Source of the DNA: Obrimoposthia wandeli
Lineage: Eukaryota
Direction: 5' to 3'
DNA length: 64,000 nucleotides
Assembly: GCA_977020255.1 (NCBI GenBank)
Contig: CDROCS010002266.1
Coordinates: forward strand, 1 to 64,000
Below the pieces are notes generated by a model that was given only the letters and a program-made list of their open reading frames with translations, was not told where the DNA came from and made no database searches. Made by a program: the position numbers and the translations under genes. Each line of letters starts with the position of its first letter. The first letter of the stretch is position 1. Of the stretch, positions 1 to 11,110 are shown in pieces.

Positions 1-508
1 AAATTGCGAAGCAAATTGTCATACTATAAGACACAATTCAATTAGAGATACTTAAGATAGTGTAATACCGTATCCGATTCACAAATACGAAGGAAATCAA
101 TCAATTATTCTAACACCTTCATTAATTTCAGTCAGACAGACATACCAGAATACCCTTCGAGGCGAGTCTGGTAGAAGACAGCGAACCGAGTAACGATACA
201 GAATCAACAGAATCGAAGATAACATAATAGAGCGATTCGGAAGAACCATGGAGATTGAATTCGCTAAAGAAGGCAGAAAAAGACAAAACATAGAATTCGT
301 GAAACAGAATATACAAGAAAGACGAATTAAATCTGCAGAAGGAGCCGAGTCAGGAAGACCTCAACAAAGGAACAGACATCAGAGACAAAAATGAATACCT
401 CCATAGATACGAGAGGAAAGAAACTTCAGCAAAACTAACTAACATCGACGAACAGATAGAGATTAGAAAGACTAAAACTTGAAGAGTCAGAATTAATGCC
501 ACAAATAG

Positions 509-998
509 GTAGAGATCATTCCAGGTAAGTTATACCTCCGGAAATGTGGAGATGCAACAGATGAAAAAACTGTTGGAACAAGGGATAACATACGTGATCA
601 ACGTTACGGCTGAATCACAAATCTATAATATATCAGACAGTCAGAGCTATGACATTAAGAGTAAAAGACTCAATGGACGCTAATCTTCTCCAGATAGTTT
701 GAGAAACAAACGAAATACTTCACAGAGAACTCGGAACCAAGGAAAAGTGTTGGTACATTGTCAGAAAGGAATTTCTCGATCAGCAACTCTAGTATTAGCA
801 TACCTAATAAAGACTAGACGAATGCAGGTACTGAAAGCGCTAAAATACCTACAGGGAGAAGAAGTATTGCAAGCCAATCTTAATTTTTTTGCGGATAGAT
901 TCAACCCAAATTACCAACTTCTGTTGCAAGAACAAAGACGGATGGACGACATTCCTGAGGATCCAAAGGAAAAGATTTCCTCAAAGCATTATCACTGA
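509..998 (+). pseudogene. Dual-specificity protein phosphatase (DUSP), frameshifted
   Basis: The N-terminal part reads VEIIPGKLYL/GNVE...EQGITYVINVTAE (509-620, one frameshift). ORF 699-998 carries the catalytic loop KVLVHCQKGISRSATLVLAYLI (HCxxGxSRS) and a downstream NPNY resembling the conserved PN motif. Confidence 0.88.
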
Positions 999-1016
999 CT
1001 GGGGTTATTCTTGGCC

Positions 1017-1370
1017 GAGGTCGATAAAATTACACAGATAATGCCAAAAGTATTTTTATGTCATCCAGGAGAAAATATAGATACTGCTGGATTAGTTCAC
1101 AGTATCAACCAGTAATACTTATTTAACAAATCATTCGTCTAGTAGCCTCATTCTGATCGAGATAGAAGCGATGCACCAAACAACATCTGACGAAATTGAG
1201 CTCAAACCATCAAGCTGAAGTCTAGAAGAAACGGCGTTCTGATATATCAGAAAAGGTACGATGTTGGCGCCTACCATAGGTGTATCTTGTTGATGCCATA
1301 CACGCCAGAAGAAGCGATGGTCTACATCAAACAGAATAGACCGAATGAATTTCAACTGTTCCTGACTTAA
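1017..1370 (+). pseudogene. Possible second, degenerate DSP-like domain
   Basis: ITQIMPKVFL resembles the DSP N-terminal strand, GVLIY sits where KVLVHC would be, and TPEEAMVYIKQNRP resembles the DSP C-terminal helix. There is no catalytic Cys and there are several stops. Confidence 0.4.
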
Positions 1371-2139
1371 AAGCTAGCCGAAACAGCAACGAAACAAATG
1401 AAGCTGCAACAGCAGTACCCAGCACCGCTTTAAATTTACTTTCGCCAACTGACTTCCAGTTCTTATGCAGAACTAGCTAACCCATACGAAACTCAGTTCC
1501 GTTTCCTTGTCAGTACCATACACCGGCACTAATGATGCTATTAGTATTGTTAGGACTAATTGATGTGTGGATCATCGAAAATGTCTTCGATCTATGAGAA
1601 CCGACAGTAAAAGATTTCGGTTTGTAAAGATAGAAAGACCAAATGGACCAACAAAACAAAGTACTTGTGTATCTAGACGAAAGGATCGAGGATAACATAG
1701 TGAATGAAACTGATATTTTACCCACAAAACAGAATACTAACCAATTCCGAATGGATTACGAAGCTGACCGACAACCGCACACTTGACCGAATAATATCAA
1801 CAACATTCTGCCGGATGCAAGCGCGAAATAGAAATTGTAAAGGAAATACAAAAAGATGCTGATACAAAAGGACCAACGTATATATCTCGATGGCGATGTC
1901 ATCAAAACACGTGAGTATGGAAGTAAGAGAGTGATAATTGAAACAATGGAAGGACATAAAACATGCTTAAGTCCCGCCAAAAATGGATTCGGAAGTTGAC
2001 GATACAAGGTAAGAAGCCGGTACAGTTGATTATCAGGAAGAGATGGAATCGAGGAGATGTCAAACAACGACAGACAACAAAACGATACAATCAGAAACAG
2101 ATATCTCTCAAACGATTGATAATTAAAACCCTTTGTAAA

Positions 2140-2664
2140 AAGGTCGGTCAAGGCCCTGTGCCGCGTTGCACAAGGATTGATTTATGGAGTAGTAATTGGA
2201 TTGGTACTGCAAGCCATGCCAACCAGTAAAGCCGAATTGATGACACTATCCGAATATAATTTACATTTGAGAAATCTAGACAACACCCTAGAAATAATCA
2301 AGACATCCACAGTAGAGCCGTGATGATCATGTGTGTAAAAGGATGTCCAGGACGAATGTGTATAGTCCCAGCGACCGAAATGATAACATTAATGGCTGTG
2401 GAAGTTAGTGTTGTCACATGTGAAGACTACATATTTGGACAAACTAAAATAGTGCTTCTCAGTGACATGTCCAACCAAAGTGCACACAAATTTAAAATAT
2501 TAACCATCAAGAGTAAAGGAATACCAGCAGTACGTTACGGTATTCTAGAATTGGTCAATCCAATACTCGCACTGATCTATTGATTTATAATATTAATATT
2601 ACTCATCTTGTTTTGTTGTTCAAAGATAGAGTCGAGATCAAAAAAGAAACGTCATGATCTATAA
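2140..2664 (+). pseudogene. Small type I membrane glycoprotein-like ORF, disrupted
   Basis: Hydrophobic leader GLIYGVVIGLVLQAM, sequons NFT and NQS, Cys cluster CVKGCPGRMC, and C-terminal ILALIY*FIILILLILFCC followed by the basic tail SKIESRSKKKRHDL*. Contains a frameshift and an in-frame stop. Confidence 0.45.
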
Positions 2665-3879
2665 GACGAACAGGTCAAATGAACTAACAAAAATTCAACA
2701 CAATAATACCAAGACCACCATTTTTAGACGAACCAGCACCAGAGTACCAGCCAACGATATATGAACACATCGAGAAAAGACCGTACTATATGAGTAATTT
2801 GACTTGTTTCATTGAAGTTCCTGAGTTTAGGAATCGAACGATCATAGGAATCATGATCGCACAAATCACCACTACCAAGGCTGGTGTATGAGATTATGAT
2901 CAGTAAATGGAGACAAGACGTAATACGGGCAATATAAATAGAACTTCCCATACTAAACACAAACCACGTAGTAGACCTCCATCTACAGACGTCAGCAACT
3001 GACAATATCGATCAGAAATTGTATGTCATCCGACAGGTCAGAATAAAAATCGACCAAAATACACCCGTTTACAATTTAATATTATTGCATCATGAAAGAG
3101 TGTTATACCTACGGATAACTATATCAAAGAGGAAGCGGATTATCCAAAGTATCCGAACAAAGTCATTAATATTGCCTAGAGATGAGCGCATCTGGAAAAT
3201 TGTCGACAGGATTATGATCACAGGTAGACGACGTAAAGCCGTATGGAATTCCGTTAGAGATATTTTTCAGATTGCTAGAAACTGACAGCGTGACAGTAAA
3301 TGTGTCCCAGCCCAGATGGCGTAATCAGATTCGAAATCCAAAGCCAAATGTTAGTACCACATTTTAACACAGAATGTCTGTGTAATCGAATTGCCAGTAA
3401 TTCTACAGAGAACCTCGACCATAATCATGATAATAACAGGTGAAATATTCTACATAACTCTAAGATACCAGAACCGTCGATTTCGTAGATACGGTATAAG
3501 TATCAAACCCAGGAAAATCATTCCCAGAAGGCCAATCTAGTCAAAAGAAGGCAAAAGTAAACGAAAGTAAACGACATTCCAAGAAACCGACAGTGATCAA
3601 AACAAAGACAAAGTGAAAGAAAAGAGTCCAATTCCAGAAACCAAAGTCCAATTATTAAGAGGACAAGAGTGAGGGAACGATCACTAGATCCCAAACATCA
3701 TTTTCAATCCAAAATAATAATACCTGTTCCACCAGAAACAAAACACCCAAATCCCCGAATTTTTAGAAAATCGGACATAATACATGGAAACCGATCAAAA
3801 CCCATGGAAATATCATTCGAACCAACCAACAACAAAATGAAGTATGATTATAAATCATCAGACAGCGGAATAACAGGCG

Positions 3880-4083
3880 GTCAATGCCCTAATTGGAATG
3901 GCCGTAGTATCAACAACAGTGGTTTTATTGACAATCGTGTGCGTAAAAGGCGTCAAGTATGCCCAGGAATACGACGAAAATGCGAAGGATTGCGATGCTG
4001 TGACACACCATCATGGAGGAAGTGGAATTGCGACCCTTACCTCCGCCTCCCATCAAGATATGATGAGTCAGAGTTGTAGATAA
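3880..4083 (+). CDS. Small ORF with one predicted transmembrane segment
   Basis: ALIGMAVVSTTVVLLTIVCVKGVK is a hydrophobic stretch followed by a polar tail. No family recognised. Confidence 0.3.
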   Translation, partial: VNALIGMAVVSTTVVLLTIVCVKGVKYAQEYDENAKDCDAVTHHHGGSGIATLTSASHQDMMSQSCR

Positions 4084-4182
4084 ATTAGTGTGTGAAATAT
4101 GTAGAAATATCTAGAAGCGATTGTACAAATAGTAGAAGTATATAAAACTCATGTAGAAATTAATCATCATCATGTATTTAGA

Positions 4183-4484
4183 ATGGCGAAGAATGCCCAA
4201 TATGTTTGGAAGATCTAACCGAGACGAAGAACAAGACCCGAAACCTGCAACCATTTACACCACGAGGAATGTTTATCGACATGGATCAGAACTTATGGAC
4301 AGTTCGGACACCTCCAACATACCCTCGTTGCCCTGTATGCAGAAGACAATTCGCAAGATTCGTCATGTTAGAACCCAACCAAGAGGATGTATATGTACAG
4401 GTGGTATTCTGTTGGAAGAATTTCGGAGAGTGTTGGTGTTATTACTGTTTGTCAGATCGACAAAATCAGACCACTTTTGTGTAA
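4183..4484 (+). pseudogene. RING-H2 E3 ligase-like gene 1 (two frameshifts)
   Basis: EECPICLEDL (4188-4215), then in another frame CNHLHHEECLSTWIR, then PTYPRCPVCRRQF and CWKNFGECWCYYC. A TATA-like GTATATAAAA lies at about 4138. Confidence 0.8.
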
Positions 4485-4544
4485 ACATCACACAACCACC
4501 AGTCCTCAATCGAGCCCAAATTCAGCATCAACCCTCCCACAGTA

Positions 4545-4849
4545 ATGTCTGGAGAATGTTCCATCTGCTACGAGGCATCGTGGACTTCTACACCAAGCCC
4601 AACAACTGCGACCACCTCTTCCACGTCGAATGCCTCGAGACGTGGATCCCCATTGCCAACAGCAACAACCCCCTCGACTTCCCAACCTGCCCGATGTGCA
4701 GAGCGACCTTCTCAGTACACTACGTGTACAACCAAGACAGCCTCCAAGCAGTGGTACCCATCGTGCACTGCTGGAAAACCATCTGCGATTGCTGGTGCTC
4801 GTTCTGCGTGGAGGAGCGAAGCACAGGCCAGCCCAATCCCCAACAATAA
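4545..4849 (+). pseudogene. RING-H2 E3 ligase-like gene 2 (one frameshift)
   Basis: MSGECSICYE joins, with one base missing, to GIVDFYTKPNNCDHLFHVECLETW...PTCPMCR, giving a complete C3H2C3 pattern. It is followed by CWKTICDCWCSFC. Confidence 0.88.
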
Positions 4850-5183
4850 TCGAAGGTAACTTTCTGACTTGAACGTGACATCATGAACTACCCTGTGTAT
4901 CGCATACCGCGATAAACTAGCTACCATAATTGTAATCATAATTATATAATCTTGTGAACTGTAAATTGACCATTACCATTTTTATGTATGATGTTTAACT
5001 GAAATTGTAATTATTATACTGAATTTCTAAAAAAGACAATTTTTATGCTTAGTGTGAATGCGTAAACATGCCTAAAATTGAAACAAAACTCGGTAGGATT
5101 AGATAACTAAGGATTCATTTTGAAATAAAATTTAAATTAACGATGAGAACGGTGAACCCCAAATTGAAAGGAGTCATTTTCTC

Positions 5184-5715
5184 ATGCAGATGAAGTGCTC
5201 CGTATGCATGGAGAAGATTTGGGCGGTATCAGCATCCCCTGTCGGCTGCCGTCACAAATTTCACGAGGAGTGCCTCTATTTGTGGACCAAGGTTCGACCC
5301 CGGACAAATCACCTGTCCACTGTGCCGGACACCCTTCAAATGGACACTCCAGAGCCGCGGAAGACACAAAGGCACCCGATCGCCCGCAAGCTGCATTGGT
5401 GGCATACATTGCCAATGCTACGTGTGTCTCGCACGCCGGCGCGACACACAACTGGGCGTCCGCGAGAGATGGCGGTCTAGTCGAGACTGCCACTCGTGGT
5501 TCCAGGCCAGACGGCACTGGATCGAAAGCCATGCCATGAACGGGCAGGAATTCGACCTATTCATCGACAGCCCACATTTAACCCGGAGCCAACAACTCCA
5601 CTTGTACAACGGGGACAGTCCGTCCTTTCCCGACCTTCCCCTGGAGCAGGTTCTACGCTACCTGACCAGTCGGAACCAGCCGACAATAACAATTGACCTG
5701 ACATACGAAAACTGA
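5184..5715 (+). pseudogene. RING-H2 E3 ligase-like gene 3 with C-terminal SIM-like motif (one frameshift)
   Basis: MKCSVCMEK...GCRHKFHEECLYLW; after a frameshift near 5305 an open frame reads ITCPLCRTPF...CIGGIHCQCYVC...QPTITIDLTYEN*. Confidence 0.82.
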
Positions 5716-6554
5716 CACTTTCCTCCCTTCTTTCCTTCCTAATCAATAATTTTGTGTGTAAATTTTTAGTTGTGTATAAATAATAATGTATGGTTTGAGA
5801 CTTGCTCCAAATTATATATTATGTTTCCCACTGGAAAACCGGGATTTTGGAAAATTTTTTTTTGGGCATGTTTGTTGAATGATTGATTTTGTAGGGATGA
5901 ACCTAAAATCAACAGCCAGAGGCTTATTTAAGTAAAATCGATACGTTCCGGGGACGTAACTTTTTTGGAACCCCCGAGGTATGTTAAGGTTGAGAATTAA
6001 GAAAATTAAATATTTTAGTCGATTAAATACTAAAATAAAAATCCTTGAAAGCAAGGTCGAAAATTAAATTAAAATATTAATTTAAGTTTTAGAAGTAAAA
6101 TTAGTGAAATTTAGGGTAAAATTAGGAGGACCACGAAGGTCGTGTACAATATGAGATGTATATAAGTTAAATTAATTAACCCAAAAGTCGCAAAATATTA
6201 GAGTTAATTAAAAAGAAAACGGTTAATTAAAACAGTCAATCAAACTGTTTAGAATTTTGATTGACACTGTTCAAGGAATTTCCAAGGAGTTGATTGACAA
6301 GAACGTCAATTAGGGTAAGTTTTTTGTGTAACAGGCTGAATTAAGTCATTTTCAGCTGTCGACTGACTGACAGAATTTTTCTCTATAAAAAAGAGATCGA
6401 CAAGACAGAAATAACACACACACGACAGGATCAACAGAAGAAAAAAGCAAGAGGCTCTGGAAATCCATACTCTCGACCGGATCGGTAAGTAGCGATTGGG
6501 AATTCGATAAAATTAAACTTATTTAGATCAATTATTGCTGATAAGACATTGATC

Positions 6555-6910
6555 AAAAAGTAACCAAGTATCCGAAAGTATCCAAAAAAGTAACCAAGTA
6601 TCCGAAAGTATCCAAAAAAGTAACCAAGTATCCGAAAGTATCCAAAAAGTAACCAAGTATCGAAAGTATCCAAAAAGTAACCAAGTATCCGAAAGTATCC
6701 AAAAAATAACCATATCCGAAAAGTATCCAAAAATAACCAAGTATCCGAAAGTATCCAAAAAGTATCCGAAAAGTATCCAAAGTAAAGTATCCAAAAAGTA
6801 ACCAAGTATCCGAAAGTATCCAAAAAGTAACCAAGTATCCGAAAGTATCCAAAAAGTAACCAAGTATCCGAAAGTATCCAAAAAGTAACCAAGTATCCGA
6901 CAGTATCCAA
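6555..6910. repeat. ~29-bp tandem repeat (AAGTAACCAAGTATCCGAAAGTATCCAAA), about 12 copies, inside LTR copy 1
   Basis: Directly visible tandem array with internal rearrangements. Confidence 0.95.
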
Positions 6911-7077
6911 AGGACTAAGGTTGAGCGAGAAGAGTTCAGTATCCAACATATTAAGAGAAGACGATATCCGAAACCGAAAAGAAGACGATCTCACGAGCGC
7001 TCCATACGGAAACTGCGTGTCAGACATCTCACTCGTACCGAAGCAGCGAGTAACTGGTAAGATCACCGACTAGAGTA

Positions 7078-7510
7078 TTCATTGCCCCTAGTTGGCAATT
7101 AGGTTACCTTCATTACCCCTAGTTGGTAATTCTACATTTAAAATAATACATAAATTCATTGCCCCTAGCTGGTAATTAGGATCGTTGTCTCTTTAACACA
7201 ATCATTGCCCTAGTTGGTAATTAGGGATCGGACATTTATTCATTGTCCCCAGCGACAATTAGGAAACCTACCAGACGTTTTTTCCCGTAAGATTCATTGT
7301 CCCTAGCTGACAATTAGGTTCATTCATTGCCCCTAGTTGGCAATTCGGATAAATATTCATTGTCCCTAGTAGACAATTCGGTAAGACTCATTGTCCCTAG
7401 CTGACAATTCGGTTCGTTCATTGTCCGTAGTTGACAATTAGGAGTAAGTTTTCATTGTCATCTTGACAATTAGTTTTTTAGGAGATCCATTGTCACAGTA
7501 GACAATTCGG
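7078..7510 (+). repeat. Array of 12 palindromic hairpin motifs, TTC-ATTGYC-loop-GRCAAT-TMGG, with variable spacers
   Basis: Left arms start at 7081, 7112, 7158, 7204, 7242, 7296, 7326, 7359, 7390, 7420, 7454 and 7489. The 6-bp stem can pair in all 12. Confidence 0.92.
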
Positions 7511-7993
7511 GTCAAGCACACCCAGATAGAGTTAAGGAACAAAGAAACATTTAGCTAGAGATAAGAAGTAGGAGCGAAGAAATTTAAGAGAGTTGCGTTA
7601 TAGATTAACCAACCTGAGTAAGAAGACTAAACCTAAGAAACTTAATCACCTGAACGTAAAATCGATACGTGGTTCATCCCCACTTCTTGTAGAGACTTAC
7701 AGAAGTCCTTTAGGAATTTTATCATACTTTTTAGAAATACGTACATAAACGTATTGTGGTGTTAGTTACGTGAATTTTGAATAAACAATTTCCTACATTA
7801 GAACAAGTTGTTTTTACACCCTTCAGACTAAGAGACATCAAATCAAATACCTTCAGATAGTACAAGAGATTAGGCAACCATAACACTAAGTAGGCCACGA
7901 CCAACTTTAAGACCTGCTTCTAATCGAACTCACGTTGGGGCCCTCCGCACAGTCAAGAGGCTCTATACCAAGTTTCGTATAGAAACCCCAACA

Positions 7994-8545
7994 CTACTAT
8001 CTTTCCGACATTATTGACAATATACAAGATTCCTTCTTTTATCGAGTATTTTTTCGTCATTTCATCGTTTAGGTCTCCTTTCACCAACAATTCTTTGATT
8101 AGACTCAGTTCTTCATCTTCTTTCTGTTCTTTGATGATCTCTTTGTCTATTTTACCCGTCTTTAGCAAAATCTTCAGTAGATTTGCTTCTCCTTTTTGGT
8201 CATTGGTTTCATCTTCTTCTGGAATTATGTTTCCTTTCTCATCTACATTTGTCAATCTCGACAAACAATCTGCGTTGCCGTTCGACTTTCCGGTTCTATA
8301 ACGGATTTCTAGATCGAATTCGGCCAATTTTAGAAACCATCTGTTTAATCTACTCATCTCATCTCTATGTTTATATAAGAACTGTAGTGGTTTGTGATCT
8401 GTATACAGGAATACTTTTTGTCCTAGCAAGTAGTGTCTGTACTGTCTACATGAATACACTATGGCTAGACATTCCTTTTCGATAACAGAGTATCCTCTTT
8501 CGGCTCTGTTTAATCCTCTACTCGCATACGCGATGACGTGTTCTC
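7994..8545 (-). mobile_element. Ty3/Gypsy pol fragment (RT-associated RNase H and linker)
   Basis: EHVIAYASRGLNRAERGYSVIEKECLAIV...LYTDHKPL...RWFLKLAEFDLEIRYRTGKSNGNADCLSRL. The frame is cut at GKIVV by the LTR-like element. Confidence 0.93.
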
Positions 8546-8571
8546 TTCCTTCGTCATCCTCAACATGATGA

Positions 8572-9120
8572 AAAATCTATTTTAATTTACTTATAGTCTA
8601 AATTACACTCGCATTCAATCAAACTCTCGATATCTTATTATTATTTTTTTTTAAATAACATTCACTTGCTAAGACTTACTAGTATTTGCATTCACTTGCA
8701 TTCATACTTGTATTCATTTACATTCAATCTAACTATAATTTATTCAACGAAAACTCTATTTTAATTTACTTATAGTCTAAATTACACTTGCATTAAATCA
8801 AACTATCGACACTCTTATTTTTTAAATTACATTCACTTGTTAAGACACTTACTTGTATTGACATTCATACTAGCATTCATACTTGTTTTCATACTTGCAT
8901 TCATTTGCATTCAATCTAACTATAATTTATTCAACGAAAACTCTATTTTAATTTACTTATAGTCTAAATTATACTTGTATTCAATCAAACTATCGACACT
9001 CTTATTTTAAAATTACATTCACTTGCTAAGACTCTTACTTGTAAATTACATTCATACTTGTATGCATAATTTTATTCATTTACATTCATTCTAACTCTCA
9101 TTTATTCAAACTCTCATTCA
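8572..9120. repeat. ~180-187-bp tandem repeat, 3 copies
   Basis: CTATTTTAATTTACTTATAGTCTAAATTA recurs at about 8577, 8756 and 8943 with homologous continuations. Confidence 0.9.
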
Positions 9121-9159
9121 AATATTCAAATAAATTAATATTTTTACTAATTTTCATTC

Positions 9160-9294
9160 ATAGCGTATGGTGTGACATTTCTATGGTGAGGCAACATATA
9201 CCCTTATGGTGTGGCAAGACATCCTTATGGTGTGACACCCTTTAGGGGGGGTCAAGTGGTCTAGACTCCATCCTTCTACCTACTACTTACTACT
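9160..9294 (+). mobile_element. Polinton/Maverick-type right terminus
   Basis: Ends CTACCTACTACTTACTACT (reverse complement AGTAGTAAGTAGTAGG, the AGT-type Polinton terminus), with four subterminal TATGGTG(T/A)G repeats and a G-run. Confidence 0.6.
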
Positions 9295-9599
9295 AAAAGT
9301 AGCCAACTATCTACTGGTAAGAAATTCATTTATAATTTCATCTAAAAACTCATCAAAATAAGTATTATATAATTTACCAAACTTTATCAAAATAAGTATA
9401 AATATCAAGAGTTTATGTGAGGCATATGTTGATTAGCAACATCGATTATAACAATCCAATTGAAGGGTTAGCACTATCTATGATATTACTAATAAAAGTT
9501 TGAAAAGGAATTCTTACATGATATTGTAAGAAACATGATTTAATTAAAACAAAAATTGAGAGATAGTAAAGAATAAAACAACTATTATTATTCAATATA

Positions 9600-10060
9600 T
9601 CTTCATTATCCTTCATCTTCGTCATAATTTATCATCTCTTCATAATATCATCATCTTCATCGTAATATCATCCTTTTTATCATACTTCGTCATAATATCA
9701 TCCTTTTCATCATCCTTCATCTCATCATCTTCATTATCGTATTCCTTCATCTTCATAATCATAATGTATTTAAAATATCATCATCAGAATCCTTCATCAT
9801 CATCTTTTCCTCCTCATAATCCATCATATAATTTTCATTATCTTTCATCTTCATCATAATATCATCCTTTTCATGATCCCTCATAATAATATCCTCCTTT
9901 TCATCATCCCTCATCTCATCATCATCAGAATCCATCATAATATCACCATCTTCATCATAAAATCATCCTTCATGATCATTATCCTTTATAATCATAATGT
10001 ATTTATAATATCATCATCAGAATCCTTCATCATCATCTGGTCCTCATTATTATCTTAACT
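9600..10060 (-). pseudogene. Decayed Asp/Glu-rich low-complexity coding-like block
   Basis: The minus strand is dominated by GAT/GAA codons. The composition resembles 11790-12260 and 40790-41470. Confidence 0.45.
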
Positions 10061-10329
10061 GAAATAAGACTGGCAATATTTATTCAAGGCACAGTCTTAT
10101 ATATAAAACATAGACCAATCAATTTGTTTCTAACTAATTCCATTGTTGCAAAGGTGAGGCAAGAATTTCGGTCATGCAGGTGTAAAATAATGGCTTAACT
10201 AACTGCAAAACTGAAACAATACAAGACTAAAATATATTCATTAACACGATCCAACTAAAGTGAACTCTAAACTCTCTTATATAGTATTGGGCGATTACGC
10301 AATACAGCTGCTGCACAGATGACATCCTG

Positions 10330-10720
10330 TGTACACCAGCATAAGTCATACAGTCTCAACACTCAAGCTGCAACTCTGACCCAAATCATTTCCAGATTCT
10401 TTAGAATCCTTAAATCGACTACAGATGTCGCTAATGTATCTAGGTGACTCCTTTCCATTTACTTCGATTAGATACTTTCTTTCTGTTAAATATGACTTGA
10501 TAATCGAAAGATTCCACAGCAAATAGCATCTCTGATTCTGATTAGGTTATACCCAGACTAGATCATCTGGTTTCCATTGATGATTTTTCGATTAAGCATT
10601 GTCGTCATCCATTTCTTTTGCTTTTGTGAATCTCATTCTGGAATCATATTTGTATACCAACTTTGAAGGAACTTTATCACTTGGATTGATAGTATGTTTG
10701 TAATTAATGGTTTTCAAGCA
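10330..10720 (-). mobile_element. Gypsy integrase C-terminal remnant
   Basis: NPSDKVPSKLVYKY...QWKPDDLVWV*PNQNQRCYLLW...IEVNGKESPRYISD resembles the post-core GD-x-VWVK...W...V-NG-x-RH pattern of Gypsy integrase. Confidence 0.5.
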
Positions 10721-10845
10721 AGAATTTTAAGTGTGTAATTTTAAGTACACTGAATGTCTTATTCACTTAAACTTTCTAATATTCAAATGTGTAACTATTT
10801 CTAAATTTTGGGAGTCTTACATTCTCTTTTTCAGGTTCTCACGAT

Positions 10846-11110
10846 AGTAGTGGGAAGTGATGACTTCGACTCAATGCTATAGGTCCTCCCCAAGAGGAAA
10901 GATTCTTCCAAGTACGTATGCCGTTGCCACGGAAACTTCGTGTGCGTTACCATTATTACCAATAAATACACGGTTGCCATGGTGTGTGTATGTGCGTCAC
11001 CACAGGAACCATTTTCCCGATTACGTTATGATCATTCGAAGGTCATTTCAAGGGCACTCTTTCGTATAAACGTATCAGTAGGGAGAAGTGATGACTTCGA
11101 CTCAAGGTTA
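10846..11110 (+). mobile_element. Two tandem Polinton-like left termini (10846 and 11077)
   Basis: AGTAGTGGGAAGTGATGACTTCGACTCAA at 10846 and AGTAGGGAGAAGTGATGACTTCGACTCAAGG at 11077. The same motif starts element B at 37357. Confidence 0.65.

Larger units (their letters stand above)
5982..7993 (+). mobile_element. Long LTR-like element, copy 1
   Basis: Starts TGTTAAGG and ends CCCCAACA. Both ends are homologous to 37704-40591 (CCTTGAAAGCAA, AGGACCACGAAGGTCGTGT, AAAATCGATACGTGGTTCATCCCCAC, GAACTCACGTTGGGGCCCTCC). The flanks (GGTA / CTAC) do not form a target-site duplication. Confidence 0.8.

Noticed and set aside
4172-4849. Single 225-aa protein as listed in the ORF track
   Set aside because: It is an off-frame read through RING gene 1 that enters the true frame of RING gene 2. 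Two separate frameshifted genes explain the motifs better.
6431-7066. Three overlapping minus-strand hydrophobic ORFs (99-211 aa)
   Set aside because: They are translations of the stop-free 29-bp tandem repeat in all frames.
7078-7510. CRISPR array
   Set aside because: The context is eukaryotic with no cas genes, spacers are short and uneven (about 4-30 nt), and the repeats vary. Kept only as a hairpin array.
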